Shown here: in pieces, positions 45,996 through 59,813 of the stretch
Layout: every line of letters starts with the position of its first letter
Position numbering within the stretch: position 1 is the stretch's first letter
NCBI RefSeq assembly: GCF_000026545.1
Contig: NC_011601.1
Reading direction: 5' to 3' (one strand)
DNA length: 64,000 bases
DNA from: Escherichia coli O127:H6 str. E2348/69
GTDB taxonomy: Bacteria > Pseudomonadota > Gammaproteobacteria > Enterobacterales > Enterobacteriaceae
Position numbers and translations under genes: made by a program
Notes under the pieces: generated by a model
Database searches by the model: none
What the model was told of the DNA's origin: nothing
Seen by the model: only the letters and a program-made list of their open reading frames with translations

Positions 45996-47336
45996 TTAAC
46001 GCACCATGCACGGACGCTTGTTATCGAACGTCCAGCCGGGGATCAGGTACTGCATTCCCATCGCATCGTCACGCGCGCCAAGCCCGTGTTTCTGATACAG
46101 CTCGTGCGCTTTCATCACTTGATCCATATCGATTTCTACACCCAGCCCCGGTTTTTCTGGCACCTGAACCAGACCGCCTTTGATCTCTAACGGTTCTTTG
46201 GTCAGACGCTGATTGCCTTCCTGCCAGATCCAGTGCGTATCAATAGCAGTAATTTTACCCGGTGCAGCAGCGGCTACATGGGTAAACATCGCCAGGGAAA
46301 TATCGAAGTGGTTGTTAGAGTGTGAACCCCAGGTCAGGCCAAATTCATGGCACATTTGCGCCACACGTACCGAACCTTGCATCGTCCAGAAATGCGGATC
46401 CGCCAGCGGGATATCAACGGATTGTAACGAGAGCGTATGGCCCATCTGCCGCCAGTCGGTGGCGATCATATTGGTTGCGGTCGGCAGGCCAGTCGCGCGA
46501 CGGAACTCTGCCATCACTTCACGCCCGGAGAAACCTTGCTCCGCACCACACGGATCTTCTGCATAAGCCAGCGAACCTTTCAGGTATTTACCAATTTTAA
46601 TCGCTTCGTTCAGCGACCAGGCACCGTTAGGATCGAGGGTAATACGCGCCTGTGGGAAGCGTTGCGCCAGTGCCACAATAGATTCTGCTTCTTCTTCCCC
46701 GGCCAGTACACCACCCTTCAGTTTGAAATCGTTGAAGCCATATTTTTCATATGCCGCTTCCGCCAGGCGCACCACCGCATCCGGCGTCATCGCTTCTTCG
46801 TGACGCAGGCGATACCAGTCACATTTATCATCCGGCTGGCTTTGATACGGCAGCGGTGTGGCTTTGCGATTACCGACGAAGAACAGATAACCGAGCATTT
46901 CGACTTCGCTACGCTGTTGACCATCGCCCAGCAGCGATGCCACGTTAACCCCCAGATGCTGCCCCAGCAGATCCAGCATTGCCGCTTCTATCCCGGTAAC
47001 TACATGAATAGTGGTCCGCAAATCAAATGTCTGCAAACCGCGCCCGCCGGCATCACGATCGGCAAATGTATTACGCACCAGCGTCAGAACGTTTTTGTAT
47101 TCACCCAGCGTTTTACCCACCACCAGCGGAATCGCATCTTCCAGCGTTTTACGGATTTTCTCGCCGCCGGGAATTTCCCCTACCCCAGTGTGACCAGAAT
47201 TATCTTTGATAATCACAATATTACGCGTGAAGAACGGTGCGTGTGCACCACTCAGATTCATCAGCATACTGTCATGGCCCGCCACCGGGATGACCTGCAT
47301 TTCAGTAACAACAGGCGTCGTAAATTGAGAACTCAT
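45996..47336 (-). CDS. gudD: D-glucarate dehydratase
   Basis: Track ORF 45996..47360. The start is taken at [23 protein letters not shown] (Met9), giving 446 aa. Enolase superfamily. Confidence 0.95.
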   Translation of the reverse strand: MSSQFTTPVVTEMQVIPVAGHDSMLMNLSGAHAPFFTRNIVIIKDNSGHTGVGEIPGGEKIRKTLEDAIPLVVGKTLGEYKNVLTLVRNTFADRDAGGRGLQTFDLRTTIHVVTGIEAAMLDLLGQHLGVNVASLLGDGQQRSEVEMLGYLFFVGNRKATPLPYQSQPDDKCDWYRLRHEEAMTPDAVVRLAEAAYEKYGFNDFKLKGGVLAGEEEAESIVALAQRFPQARITLDPNGAWSLNEAIKIGKYLKGSLAYAEDPCGAEQGFSGREVMAEFRRATGLPTATNMIATDWRQMGHTLSLQSVDIPLADPHFWTMQGSVRVAQMCHEFGLTWGSHSNNHFDISLAMFTHVAAAAPGKITAIDTHWIWQEGNQRLTKEPLEIKGGLVQVPEKPGLGVEIDMDQVMKAHELYQKHGLGARDDAMGMQYLIPGWTFDNKRPCMVR

Positions 47337-47356
47337 ATTTATGTCCTTTTTCAAAA

Positions 47357-48697
47357 TCAATGACGGCCGAAAACGGGACGTTTACGGTCAAAGGTCCAGC
47401 CGGGGATCAGGTACTGCATCGGGCCCGCGTCGTTACGCGCACCGCCAGGCAGACGTTTATAGGCCTCATGCGCCTTTTGTACCTGCTCCCAGTCCAGTTC
47501 CACGCCCAGACCGGGCGCATCAGGAACGGCAATTTTTCCGTTTTTAATCTCCAGCGGATTTTGGGTCAGGCGACAATCGCCCTCCTGCCAAATCCAGTGG
47601 GTATCGATAGCGGTAGGATTACCCGGTGCCGCCGCACCCACATGGGTAAACATCGCCAGAGAGATATCAAAGTGGTTATTGGAATGGCAGCCCCAGGTCA
47701 GCCCCCAGTCGTCGCAAAGCTGCGCTACGCGGACTGCACCGGAAAGCGTCCAGAAGTGCGGATCGGCAAGTGGAATATCTACCGCATTGAGCATCACCGC
47801 ATGACCCATTTCGCGCCAGTTGGTGGCGATCATGTTGGTCGCGACGGGCAAGCCGGTCGCCCGTCGAAACTCCGCCATCACTTCACGACCGGAGAAACCC
47901 TGCTCAGCGCCGCACGGGTCTTCCGCATAGGTAAGAACATCATTCAGCCCTTTGCACAGAGAAATGGCTTCATCAAGCAGCCAGGCACCATTGGGATCAA
48001 CGGTAATCCGCGCATCAGGGAAGCGTTTCTTCAATGCACGAACAGTGTCGATTTCTTGCTCGCCAGGTAACACGCCACCCTTAAGTTTGAAATCTTTAAA
48101 GCCATAGCGATCCTGTGAGGCTTCCGCCAGACGCACAACGGCTTCGCTGTTCATCGCTTTCTGATGCCGCAACTGATACCACTCATGGTTGCCCGGCGTA
48201 TTTTCCAGATAAGGAAGATCGGTTTTGGTCCGATCACCGATATAAAACAGATAACCGAGAACGGTAATAGCATCACGTTGCTTGCCTGGCCCTAACAGTT
48301 CGCAGACCGGAACATTCAGCGCCTGACCTAACAGGTCAAGCAAGGCGGCTTCCAGCGCCGCCACGGCATTAACGCGCAATTCAAAAGTCCAGGCACCTTT
48401 GCCGAAGGCATCAAAATCGGCTGCCTGATTACCTTTATGCACCTGCTGAACCACTTTATTCAGGCGCGCAACTTCCTGGCCCAGCACCATCGGAATAGCC
48501 TCGACCAGTGTTTGATAAATCACCTCTCCGCCCGGCGCTTCACCAATGCCGGTATGCCCGGCATTATCGGTGAGTACCACAATATTGCGGGTGAAATATG
48601 CGTTATGTGCACCACCAATATTAAGCAACATGCTGTCATGTCCGGCGACCGGAATGACTTTCATATCAGTAATAACAGGACTGGATTGTGTCGTCAT
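47357..48697 (-). CDS. gudX: glucarate dehydratase-related protein
   Basis: 446-aa paralogue of gudD ([22 protein letters not shown]). Confidence 0.94.
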   Translation of the reverse strand: MTTQSSPVITDMKVIPVAGHDSMLLNIGGAHNAYFTRNIVVLTDNAGHTGIGEAPGGEVIYQTLVEAIPMVLGQEVARLNKVVQQVHKGNQAADFDAFGKGAWTFELRVNAVAALEAALLDLLGQALNVPVCELLGPGKQRDAITVLGYLFYIGDRTKTDLPYLENTPGNHEWYQLRHQKAMNSEAVVRLAEASQDRYGFKDFKLKGGVLPGEQEIDTVRALKKRFPDARITVDPNGAWLLDEAISLCKGLNDVLTYAEDPCGAEQGFSGREVMAEFRRATGLPVATNMIATNWREMGHAVMLNAVDIPLADPHFWTLSGAVRVAQLCDDWGLTWGCHSNNHFDISLAMFTHVGAAAPGNPTAIDTHWIWQEGDCRLTQNPLEIKNGKIAVPDAPGLGVELDWEQVQKAHEAYKRLPGGARNDAGPMQYLIPGWTFDRKRPVFGRH

Positions 48698-48698
48698 C

Positions 48699-50051
48699 TT
48701 ATTGCCCCGCGACAGGTTTCAGCTCAATACGCTTGATATCGCCCACCAGCACCAGGTAGCTGAGTACCGCGATTAAGGCATGAACACCAACATAAATCAG
48801 CGCCCCATTAAAGGAGCCAGTCGTGCCAACGATATAACCAATTGCGATTGGCGTGACGATGCCAGAAATGTTACCAAACATGTTAAACAGGCCACCGGAA
48901 AGACCGCTGATCTCTTTTGGCGCAGTATCAGCCATTACAGCCCAACCCAGCGCACCGATCCCCTTACCGAAGAAGGCCAGCGCCATAAAGCCGATGATCA
49001 TCCACTCAACGTTGACGTAGTTGCAGAACACCATCACCATCGACAACAACATGCCCATCACGATCGGTGTTTTACGCGCAATGTTCAGTGAACCCGTGCG
49101 ACGCATCAGCCAGTCGGAAATAATCCCACCCAGCACACCGCCGATAAAACCGCAAACCGCCGGAACGGAAGCCACAAAGCCCGCTTTCAGAATCGACATC
49201 CCGCGCGCCTGCACCAGATAAACCGGGAACCAGGTAATGAAAAAGTAAGTCAGGGCGTTGATACAGTACTGACCGATATAAACGCCGATCATCATCCGTG
49301 ACCCGAGCAGCTGTTTGATCTGCCCCCACTTCACGCTAAACGGCACTTTAACTTTGGTGTTTTGCTGATCCATATTGATCAGCGCGCCACCCGCGGCGAT
49401 GTACTCCAGCTCTTTCTGATTTACGACCGGATGTTGATTTGGCTCGTGGATGACTTTCAACCAGATAAAGCTGATGACAATGCCCAGACCGCCCATAAAG
49501 AAAAAGACGTGTGACCAGCCCACTTCATGCGTCAGCCAGCCCATAATCGGCGCGAAGATAACCGTTGCGAAGTATTGAGCGGAGTTAAAAATCGACACCG
49601 CCGTTCCCCTTTCCTGCGCCGGAAACCAGGCCGCAACAATGCGACTGTTGCCGGGGAAAGAGGGCGCTTCAGCAAGCCCGACCAGGAAGCGCAGCGTAAA
49701 CAGGGCAACGATAATGCCGAATCCACTAAAGATATCGACGAAGCCTTGCAGCAAGGTAAACATCGACCAGATAAAGATCGACCAGAAGTAGACGCGTTTT
49801 GAACCAAAACGATCCAGCAACCAGCCACCAGGGATCTGCCCGATAACATACGCCCATGAGAAGGCAGAGAACACATAGCCCATTCCCACGGGATCAAGGC
49901 CGATATCTTTGGCCATTTCCGAACCGGCAATAGAAAGCGTAGCGCGGTCGCCGTAGTTGAAGGATGTGACGATAAACAACATCACCACTATCCAGTAACG
50001 AGCATTCGTGCGTTTTTCCACACTGCTCGCAGCCTGACTTAAAGAACTCAT
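48699..50051 (-). CDS. gudP: MFS galactarate/glucarate/glycerate transporter
   Basis: 450-aa ORF of the anion:cation symporter family. First gene of gudPXD. Confidence 0.94.
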   Translation of the reverse strand: MSSLSQAASSVEKRTNARYWIVVMLFIVTSFNYGDRATLSIAGSEMAKDIGLDPVGMGYVFSAFSWAYVIGQIPGGWLLDRFGSKRVYFWSIFIWSMFTLLQGFVDIFSGFGIIVALFTLRFLVGLAEAPSFPGNSRIVAAWFPAQERGTAVSIFNSAQYFATVIFAPIMGWLTHEVGWSHVFFFMGGLGIVISFIWLKVIHEPNQHPVVNQKELEYIAAGGALINMDQQNTKVKVPFSVKWGQIKQLLGSRMMIGVYIGQYCINALTYFFITWFPVYLVQARGMSILKAGFVASVPAVCGFIGGVLGGIISDWLMRRTGSLNIARKTPIVMGMLLSMVMVFCNYVNVEWMIIGFMALAFFGKGIGALGWAVMADTAPKEISGLSGGLFNMFGNISGIVTPIAIGYIVGTTGSFNGALIYVGVHALIAVLSYLVLVGDIKRIELKPVAGQ

Positions 50052-50375
50052 TGTTGCACTCCTGAAAATTCGCGTTAGCCACGCTCACTCTGGACTGCGA
50101 CATCGCCAGGAAATCAGAGGTGACGTAGGGTGTTTTTGCCGTTTTTATAGGTCGTTCGCCGAATACGGCGCGTGTTTATATCTGGCAATAGCAGTATAAA
50201 AAGCGCGCCATAGCGGCTCACCGTGCAACAACACAACATTAATGCGTTCAATGAGGCCCGATTTTGGCATTAGCCCTGGACGGTGGAATCCACTTCACGG
50301 AAATGAAAACAAGAACAAGAAAGGAAGGATTAAAACGAAGAAATAAAGAAGAGTATGAAATGGATCGCTTGACTC

Positions 50376-50432
50376 CAGGCAAACGCCAGTAAAAATCCGC
50401 GCTATGAAGCAGTTTTTACTGGCATTTGCCTG
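50376..50432. repeat. long inverted repeat (20-bp arms, one mismatch, 17-nt spacer) downstream of yqcA
   Basis: CAGGCAAACGCCAGTAAAAA ... TTTTTACTGGCATTTGCCTG. No U-tract follows on either strand. Confidence 0.6.
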
Positions 50433-50484
50433 AAAAGATTCGATTCAGCACCGCTAAAACGGCATTTACCGCTCGCTGAACATA

Positions 50485-50934
50485 TCAGGACAACATCGTG
50501 CCCCAATGTTCAACCCACGGATTTGATTCCGTTTCCGGTTCCGGGTTCTCACTGGCGTCAATCAACAGCATTTCTCCCACCCGCTGAGCGCTCTGTTCCT
50601 GCAACAAGGCATCGAACTGTTTGCCGCCATTGCAGAAATTCACATAACTACTGTCGCCGAGCGCAATCACGCCATAACGCAGATTCGGCTGGAAGCCCAG
50701 ACTATCTTTGATTCCCTGAAAGAGTGGCACAATGCTATCAGGAAGGTCGCCCTGCCCGGTCGTGGACGTAACCACCAGAACATACTTATCCTGATAGGGC
50801 AGCCAGTCGCTTAATTCAGGCTCTTCAAATACCGTTGCTTTGTGGCCCTGCGCGGTCAGAATCGCTTCCGCTTCTTCGGCCACTAACAGTGAATTCCCGT
50901 ACATGGTGCCGACAAAAATACCAATTTCCGCCAT
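50485..50934 (-). CDS. yqcA: flavodoxin YqcA
   Basis: 149-aa ORF starting [16 protein letters not shown]...[10 protein letters not shown] (flavodoxin FMN loop). Confidence 0.92.
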   Translation of the reverse strand: MAEIGIFVGTMYGNSLLVAEEAEAILTAQGHKATVFEEPELSDWLPYQDKYVLVVTSTTGQGDLPDSIVPLFQGIKDSLGFQPNLRYGVIALGDSSYVNFCNGGKQFDALLQEQSAQRVGEMLLIDASENPEPETESNPWVEHWGTMLS

Positions 50935-50951
50935 ACCGTTTTCTCCCTGGA

Positions 50952-51734
50952 TTAGGAACTTATCTCTCCATCCTGACCCGATGGCGCACTGAACTCAACC
51001 CTTTCATTTTCAGGAAGCAGACCGCGCCAGCCAAATTGTGATAACGCCTGCATCCAGGTGTCGTCCAGGCCCGCGTGAATAGTCAGCGGCTCGCCAGTAA
51101 AAGGATGCGTCAATGACAACTGACTGGCATGCAGCATTAACCGCTGAAGGCCAAAATGCTCAGCACCGCTGCGATTCTGGCGTAAATCACCATGTTTGCT
51201 GTCGCCAATAATCGGGTGCCGCAAATGGGCAAGATGGCGACGAAGCTGGTGCTTGCGTCCAGTTTTCGGCTCCAGTTCCACCAGGCCGTAGCGCGTGGTC
51301 GGGTAACGTCCGGTCGCTACCGGCATTTCTACGGTCGCCAGACCGCGATAATGCGTCACTGCTGGCTGCGGGCCTTTATCTTCGCGGGCAAATTTATCAG
51401 CGATTTTGTCCAGTTCTTCCACCAGTGGATAATCCAGCACCGCTTCTTCCATCAACCAGCCACGCACAATCGCATGGTAACGTTTCTGGATTTGGTGCTG
51501 TTCAAACTGTTGTGCCAGCAGCCGTCCGGCTTCGCTGGATAATCCCATCAACAACACACCAGAAGTTGGTCGGTCCAGACGATGAGCAGTAAAAACATGC
51601 TGGCCTATCTGGTCACGCACGGTTTGCATGACCACTACTTTCTCGTCGCGATCCAGCCAGCTGCGGTGAACCAACCAGCCGGAGGGTTTATTTACCGCAA
51701 CCAGCCATTCATCCTGATAGAGTATTTCCAGCAT
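50952..51734 (-). CDS. truC: tRNA pseudouridine(65) synthase TruC
   Basis: 260-aa ORF with the RluA-family motif HRLDRPTSG. Confidence 0.94.
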   Translation of the reverse strand: MLEILYQDEWLVAVNKPSGWLVHRSWLDRDEKVVVMQTVRDQIGQHVFTAHRLDRPTSGVLLMGLSSEAGRLLAQQFEQHQIQKRYHAIVRGWLMEEAVLDYPLVEELDKIADKFAREDKGPQPAVTHYRGLATVEMPVATGRYPTTRYGLVELEPKTGRKHQLRRHLAHLRHPIIGDSKHGDLRQNRSGAEHFGLQRLMLHASQLSLTHPFTGEPLTIHAGLDDTWMQALSQFGWRGLLPENERVEFSAPSGQDGEISS

Positions 51735-52063
51735 TAGCTCGCATCATCCGCAAAAAGAGCATCCAGTTTTTCCAGCTCTGCCAGAATAAGCGCGCGTTGC
51801 GGGTGGTCCGTCGCCAGCGCCATTTCATAATAAGGCGCAACAGCAAAAGCGCCCGGTAACGGCTGGTTGTTATCTAACAAATCGTGCATTCGCGGGATCA
51901 GCACCCACTGCAACCACTCCAGTGGTTCCATGGTGTCCATAAAGAACGGTTGAGTACTGTTAAATTGATGCGGCAGGGGTTCATCGTTTCGCCAGTGCTG
52001 ATGTTCACGCAGTAACGCTTCAAGCGCCTGCAACTGGAGACGAACGCGGTCATGAGTGGTCAT
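51734..52063 (-). CDS. yqcC: DUF446 protein YqcC
   Basis: 109-aa ORF. Its stop overlaps the truC start. Confidence 0.88.
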   Translation of the reverse strand: MTTHDRVRLQLQALEALLREHQHWRNDEPLPHQFNSTQPFFMDTMEPLEWLQWVLIPRMHDLLDNNQPLPGAFAVAPYYEMALATDHPQRALILAELEKLDALFADDAS

Positions 52064-52107
52064 AAAGCAACCTCAATAAGAAAAACTGCCGCGAAGAATA
52101 GCAGGAA

Positions 52108-52465
52108 TAAAAAAAGGGAGCACTGTATTCACAGTGCTCCCGGTTCGTTTCGCAGCATTCCGGCTACTTTTATTGCTCCCTGCTCATCCTTGACAACTTT
52201 TCCTCTGGCCTTACGGCCAATCGTTCATCCTGAACTATTGCTTCCTGCTCACACCACCCCGATGTGATACTTCATCCTGAAGTGTTCCTGGCCTTCCTGA
52301 CCCACCGAATCATCCTGACCGGTTCTCATTCTCCATCCTGGAGGTGTCCTTTAACGCGTCCTGCGTCATCCTCTTCGCTTCATCCAGAAGCCTTTCCCTG
52401 AAACACCATCCTGGTGTGTCCTTCAGAAGTGTCATCATCCTGATGTTCACTTCGTTGTCTGACTC
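52108..52465 (-). ncRNA. csrB: CsrB, CsrA-sequestering small RNA
   Basis: The minus strand begins GAGTCAGACAACGAAGTGAACATCAGGATGATGACAC and ends with the terminator GGGAGCACTG...CAGTGCTCCC followed by seven T. I count about 18-19 GGA motifs, many as CAGGATG. It matches my memory of K-12 csrB; the ends are approximate. Confidence 0.92.
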
Positions 52466-52647
52466 CCTGTCGACGAAGATAGAATCGTCTTTTTCTCGAA
52501 GTCTTACAAGGCGCTTACAGACAATGCCTTAAGGAAAATTTCATATGAAAGTTAAGAATTAACAAGCAACATGTTGTTTTTAAATGAGAATAACGATTCT
52601 TATCTTTTTAAGTATTCGCTTATTTCCTGGCGATCTCCTACAGAGTC

Positions 52648-52665
52648 TGTAAGAGATCTCTCACA
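52648..52665. promoter_or_regulatory. UvrY (SirA/GacA-type) binding palindrome upstream of csrB
   Basis: TGTAAGAGATCTCTCACA, an 18-bp near-perfect palindrome (TGTGAGAGATCTCTTACA on the other strand), about 185 bp upstream of the csrB 5' end. Confidence 0.75.
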
Positions 52666-52684
52666 ACCAGATGGGGTATTTGGA

Positions 52685-53230
52685 TTACAGAAGAGGCTTA
52701 AGTTGATTAAGGAATTCCGCAAGATTTGAGGCTAAATGCGTCCGTTTACGTGTTCCCAGCGTCTCTTTGCACACTTCACCGGAGAGATTACACACCGAGA
52801 TGACCTCTAACTCTTCTTCCAGCGTCGCGATAAATAGCGTGGGCGGCAGTTTTAGCCTTTTCTGAGTCACCAGATGACCAATCAGATTTTCCTGCACCCG
52901 ACGGAAGTCGTCTTCACTCCAGGTTTGCAGCAATGTCAGTTTGATATCGCCAAACTGCGCGTGCATATCCCCGGCAAACTGAGTCGTATAAAAGGTATGA
53001 ATCGTGGGTTGTATCACAATATCAAAAGCGCGTTCAACCGCGTTTACATTTTGTTCCCCGGTAAACGGCTGGGGTTGCCAGTATACGGCATCTTCGGTAG
53101 TTGAAATAATGCACGGTGAAGGAACGCCGTACAGTTCCTCACTTAACGGCCAGCTTTTATGCTCTTCATGCCACGCATCGCAGTAGCGTGCAGTAAAATC
53201 TTTCAGGGCTTGTGCGGTCAAATCGTCCAC
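52685..53230 (-). CDS. syd: SecY-interacting protein Syd
   Basis: 181-aa ORF starting [22 protein letters not shown]. Confidence 0.93.
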
Positions 53231-53297
53231 TAATTTCTCTCTTCACTTAAACCAGATACACTTGTCGTTTAGTTTATCTGGTTTATGACGGTGAAAC

Positions 53298-54146
53298 ATG
53301 TCTTCTTATGCAAACCATCAGGCACTTGCGGGCCTGACACTTGGAAAATCAACCGATTATCGGGATACCTATGACGCCAGCCTACTGCAAGGCGTACCAC
53401 GCAGCCTGAATCGCGACCCGCTGGGTCTGAAAGCGGATAACCTGCCTTTTCACGGTACGGATATCTGGACGCTGTATGAACTTTCCTGGCTGAATGCGAA
53501 AGGTTTGCCGCAGGTCGCTGTCGGTCATGTTGAACTTGATTACACCAGCGTAAATCTGATTGAGTCGAAGAGTTTTAAGCTCTATCTCAACAGTTTTAAC
53601 CAGACGCGTTTTAATAACTGGGATGAGGTGCGCCAGACGCTGGAGCGCGACTTAAGCACTTGCGCCCAGGGTAAGGTTAGCGTGGCGTTATATCGTCTTG
53701 ATGAACTGGAAGGCCAGCCGATAGGTCATTTCAATGGCACCTGCATTGATGACCAGGATATCACTATCGATAACGATGAATTCACTACTGACTATCTGGA
53801 GAATGCCACCAGTGGTGAAAAAGTAGTGGAAGAGACGCTTGTCAGCCACCTGCTGAAATCAAACTGCCTGATCACCCATCAACCAGATTGGGGTTCGATC
53901 CAAATTCAGTATCGTGGACGCCAAATTGACAGAGAAAAACTGCTGCGTTACCTGGTCTCTTTCCGTCATCACAACGAGTTCCACGAACAGTGCGTGGAAC
54001 GCATCTTTAATGACCTGTTACGCTTCTGCCAGCCAGAAAAATTGAGCGTTTACGCACGTTATACCCGTCGTGGCGGTCTGGACATTAACCCGTGGCGCAG
54101 TAATAACGATTTTGTCCCATCGACCACAAGACTGGTTCGGCAATAA
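53298..54146 (+). CDS. queF: NADPH-dependent 7-cyano-7-deazaguanine (preQ0) reductase
   Basis: 282-aa ORF of the type II QueF family, with the QueF motif region E(S/L)K(S/A)hK(L/Y)(Y/F/W) (ESKSFKLYL). Confidence 0.94.
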   Translation: MSSYANHQALAGLTLGKSTDYRDTYDASLLQGVPRSLNRDPLGLKADNLPFHGTDIWTLYELSWLNAKGLPQVAVGHVELDYTSVNLIESKSFKLYLNSFNQTRFNNWDEVRQTLERDLSTCAQGKVSVALYRLDELEGQPIGHFNGTCIDDQDITIDNDEFTTDYLENATSGEKVVEETLVSHLLKSNCLITHQPDWGSIQIQYRGRQIDREKLLRYLVSFRHHNEFHEQCVERIFNDLLRFCQPEKLSVYARYTRRGGLDINPWRSNNDFVPSTTRLVRQ

Positions 54147-54257
54147 ATTTTTTCTCAATTTTGCGTGCTGGATTCACGCAGAAGGTTGTGAAAGGTCAGC
54201 AGGCAGGGCTATTGTAATCAAAGGGAATGACGATATTCGTCCCATAAGGAGTTTTTC

Positions 54258-55622
54258 TTGATTACACATATTAGCCCGCTTGGCTCCATGGATATGTTGT
54301 CGCAGCTGGAAGTGGATATGCTTAAACGCACCGCCAGCAGCGACCTCTATCAACTGTTTCGCAACTGTTCACTTGCCGTACTGAACTCCGGTAGTTTGAC
54401 CGATAACAGCAAAGAATTGCTGTCTCGTTTTGAAAATTTCGATATTAACGTCCTGCGCCGTGAACGCGGCGTAAAGCTGGAACTGATAAATCCCCCGGAA
54501 GAGGCTTTTGTCGATGGGCGAATTATTCGCGCTTTGCAGGCCAACTTGTTCGCGGTTCTGCGTGACATTCTCTTCGTTTATGGGCAAATTCATAACACCG
54601 TTCGTTTTCCCAACCTGAATCTCGACAACTCCGTCCACATCACTAACCTGGTCTTTTCCATCTTGCGTAACGCTCGCGCGCTGCATGTCGGTGAAGCGCC
54701 AAATATGGTGGTCTGCTGGGGCGGTCACTCAATTAACGAAAACGAGTATTTGTATGCCCGTCGCGTCGGGAACCAGCTGGGCCTGCGTGAGCTGAATATC
54801 TGCACCGGCTGTGGTCCGGGAGCGATGGAAGCGCCGATGAAAGGTGCTGCGGTCGGACACGCGCAGCAGCGTTACAAAGACAGTCGCTTTATTGGTATGA
54901 CAGAGCCGTCGATTATCGCCGCTGAACCGCCTAACCCGCTGGTCAACGAATTGATCATCATGCCAGATATCGAAAAACGTCTGGAAGCGTTTGTCCGTAT
55001 CGCTCACGGTATCATTATCTTCCCTGGCGGTGTGGGTACAGCAGAAGAGTTGCTGTATTTGCTGGGAATTTTAATGAACCCGGCCAACAAAGATCAGGTT
55101 TTACCATTGATCCTCACCGGCCCGAAAGAGAGCGCCGACTACTTCCGCGTACTGGACGAGTTTGTCGTGCATACGCTGGGTGAAAACGCGCGCCGCCATT
55201 ACCGCATCATCATTGATGACGCCGCTGAAGTCGCTCGTCAGATGAAAAAATCGATGCCGCTGGTGAAAGAAAATCGCCGCGACACTGGTGACGCTTACAG
55301 CTTTAACTGGTCAATGCGCATTGCGCCAGATTTGCAAATGCCGTTTGAGCCGTCTCACGAGAATATGGCTAATCTGAAGCTTTACCCGGATCAACCCGTT
55401 GAAGTGCTGGCTGCCGACCTGCGCCGTGCGTTCTCCGGTATTGTGGCGGGTAATGTAAAAGAAGTCGGTATTCGCGCCATTGAAGAGTTTGGTCCTTACA
55501 AAATCAACGGCGATAAAGAAATTATGCGTCGTATGGACGACCTGCTACAGGGTTTTGTTGCCCAGCATCGTATGAAGTTGCCAGGCTCAGCCTACATCCC
55601 TTGCTACGAAATCTGCACGTAA
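54258..55622 (+). CDS. ppnN: pyrimidine/purine nucleotide 5'-monophosphate nucleosidase (LOG family)
   Basis: 454-aa ORF with a TTG start and LOG-family PGGxGTxEE motif ([11 protein letters not shown]). Confidence 0.92.
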
Positions 55623-55630
55623 GCTCCCCT

Positions 55631-55668
55631 CCCCCGGTGACGTTTGTTGCCGGGTTTTCTCGTTTTTG
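55631..55668 (+). terminator. probable ppnN terminator
   Basis: CCCGG-12 nt-CCGGG followed by TTTTCTCGTTTTT. The stem is short. Confidence 0.45.
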
Positions 55669-56178
55669 GTCACTTACTCATCAACTCATTTCATTTGTTA
55701 TATGAATGTTTCTTACCATCCTCACGCGATAAATATCACCACAGTTAATATGTCATACAATTTATGTTGAAACGCAAACGTTTCCCTATTTTCATAAACC
55801 ACATTTTATCGCCATAAAAAAGAAATTATCGCCATGATTAACTAAAAGTATTGATTTTTTCAGTTCAACCTACATATATTGCGCGCCCCGGAAGAAGTCA
55901 GATGTCGTTTAATGGGCAAATATTGCCCTTAAATTCTCTTTTACTTTTGATTTACAGAGTAAAGCGTTGGGATTATCTATCTTCCAAGTAGATTATTGTA
56001 TTTGGGATCAAGATCACTGATAGATACATAACTTGTGTGTATCTTTCCGCCCTCAAATTATTACGGTGGAAAATGATTAAGCCATCGCCGATAGACAGAT
56101 TTCATTTTTACGGTCAGGCACCTTCCCGGGCTGAACTGGCTAAAAGCTGAATTATTTGCATTCCTCCAGGAGAAATAG

Positions 56179-57468
56179 ATGGAAACGACTCAAACCAGCA
56201 CGATTGCGTCGAAAGACTCTCGTAGTGCCTGGCGCAAGACAGACACCATGTGGATGCTGGGCCTTTACGGCACGGCAATCGGCGCGGGCGTGCTGTTCCT
56301 GCCAATCAACGCTGGTGTTGGCGGTATGATCCCGCTGATCATCATGGCTATCCTTGCGTTCCCGATGACGTTTTTTGCTCACCGCGGCCTGACTCGCTTC
56401 GTACTGTCTGGTAAAAACCCGGGCGAAGACATCACCGAGGTTGTAGAAGAACACTTTGGTATTGGCGCAGGTAAACTGATTACCCTGCTCTACTTCTTCG
56501 CTATCTACCCGATCCTGCTGGTTTATAGCGTGGCAATCACCAATACAGTTGAAAGCTTCATGTCTCACCAGCTGGGTATGACGCCACCGCCGCGTGCGAT
56601 TCTGTCGCTGATCCTGATCGTGGGTATGATGACCATCGTTCGCTTCGGTGAGCAAATGATCGTTAAGGCGATGAGTATTCTGGTATTCCCGTTTGTTGGC
56701 GTACTGATGCTGCTGGCTCTGTACTTGATCCCGCAGTGGAACGGCGCAGCACTGGAAACGCTGTCTCTGGACACTGCATCTGCAACCGGAAACGGTCTGT
56801 GGATGACCCTGTGGCTGGCAATTCCGGTAATGGTGTTCTCGTTCAACCACTCTCCGATCATCTCTTCTTTCGCCGTTGCGAAGCGTGAAGAGTACGGCGA
56901 TATGGCAGAACAGAAATGCTCTAAGATCCTGGCATTCGCACACATCATGATGGTGCTGACCGTAATGTTCTTCGTCTTCAGCTGCGTACTGAGCCTGACT
57001 CCGGCAGACCTGGCTGCGGCTAAAGAGCAGAACATCTCGATTCTGTCTTACCTGGCTAACCACTTTAACGCGCCGATTATCGCGTGGATGGCTCCGATTA
57101 TCGCGATTATCGCTATCACCAAATCCTTCCTCGGCCACTACCTGGGCGCACGTGAAGGCTTCAACGGTATGGTGATTAAATCTCTGCGTGGTAAAGGTAA
57201 GTCTATCGAAATCAACAAGCTGAACCGTATCACTGCGCTGTTCATGCTGGTAACGACTTGGATTGTTGCCACCCTGAACCCGAGCATCCTGGGTATGATT
57301 GAAACCCTGGGCGGCCCAATCATCGCGATGATCCTGTTCCTGATGCCGATGTACGCAATTCAGAAAGTACCGGCAATGCGTAAGTACAGCGGTCACATCA
57401 GCAACGTATTCGTTGTCGTGATGGGTCTGATTGCAATCTCCGCAATCTTCTACTCTCTGTTCAGCTAA
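56179..57468 (+). CDS. sdaC: serine:H+ symporter SdaC
   Basis: 429-aa ORF of the HAAAP family, polytopic. Confidence 0.96.
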   Translation: METTQTSTIASKDSRSAWRKTDTMWMLGLYGTAIGAGVLFLPINAGVGGMIPLIIMAILAFPMTFFAHRGLTRFVLSGKNPGEDITEVVEEHFGIGAGKLITLLYFFAIYPILLVYSVAITNTVESFMSHQLGMTPPPRAILSLILIVGMMTIVRFGEQMIVKAMSILVFPFVGVLMLLALYLIPQWNGAALETLSLDTASATGNGLWMTLWLAIPVMVFSFNHSPIISSFAVAKREEYGDMAEQKCSKILAFAHIMMVLTVMFFVFSCVLSLTPADLAAAKEQNISILSYLANHFNAPIIAWMAPIIAIIAITKSFLGHYLGAREGFNGMVIKSLRGKGKSIEINKLNRITALFMLVTTWIVATLNPSILGMIETLGGPIIAMILFLMPMYAIQKVPAMRKYSGHISNVFVVVMGLIAISAIFYSLFS

Positions 57469-57484
57469 GTCCTTTCGCGCCGCT

Positions 57485-57516
57485 TTCGGGCGGCGCTTCC
57501 TCCGTTTTAACGCGAT
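57485..57516 (+). terminator. hairpin between sdaC and sdaB (partial terminator or attenuator)
   Basis: GCGCCGC-tttcgg-GCGGCGC followed by TTCCTCCGTTTT. Confidence 0.5.
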
Positions 57517-57525
57517 GTATTTCCT

Positions 57526-59759
<2,234 letters not shown>

Positions 59760-59764
59760 CGGCG

Positions 59765-59796
59765 TGCCGGATACGGCGCAAACGTCGCATCCGGCA
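59765..59796. repeat. REP-like palindrome between xni and fucO
   Basis: TGCCGGATACGGCGCAAACGTCGCATCCGGCA. Confidence 0.7.
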
Positions 59797-59813
59797 TTAT
59801 CACATCAGCGCAT

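Noticed and set aside
55670-56178. AT-rich 500-bp gap upstream of sdaC with a duplicated TTATCGCCAT motif and a 29-codon ORF (ATG about 55902, MSFNGQILPLNSLLLLIYRVKRWDYLSSK)
   Set aside because: It is consistent with the large Lrp/CRP-regulated sdaC promoter region of K-12. The small ORF has only a weak SD and no distinctive features. The evidence is insufficient to report it as a gene.
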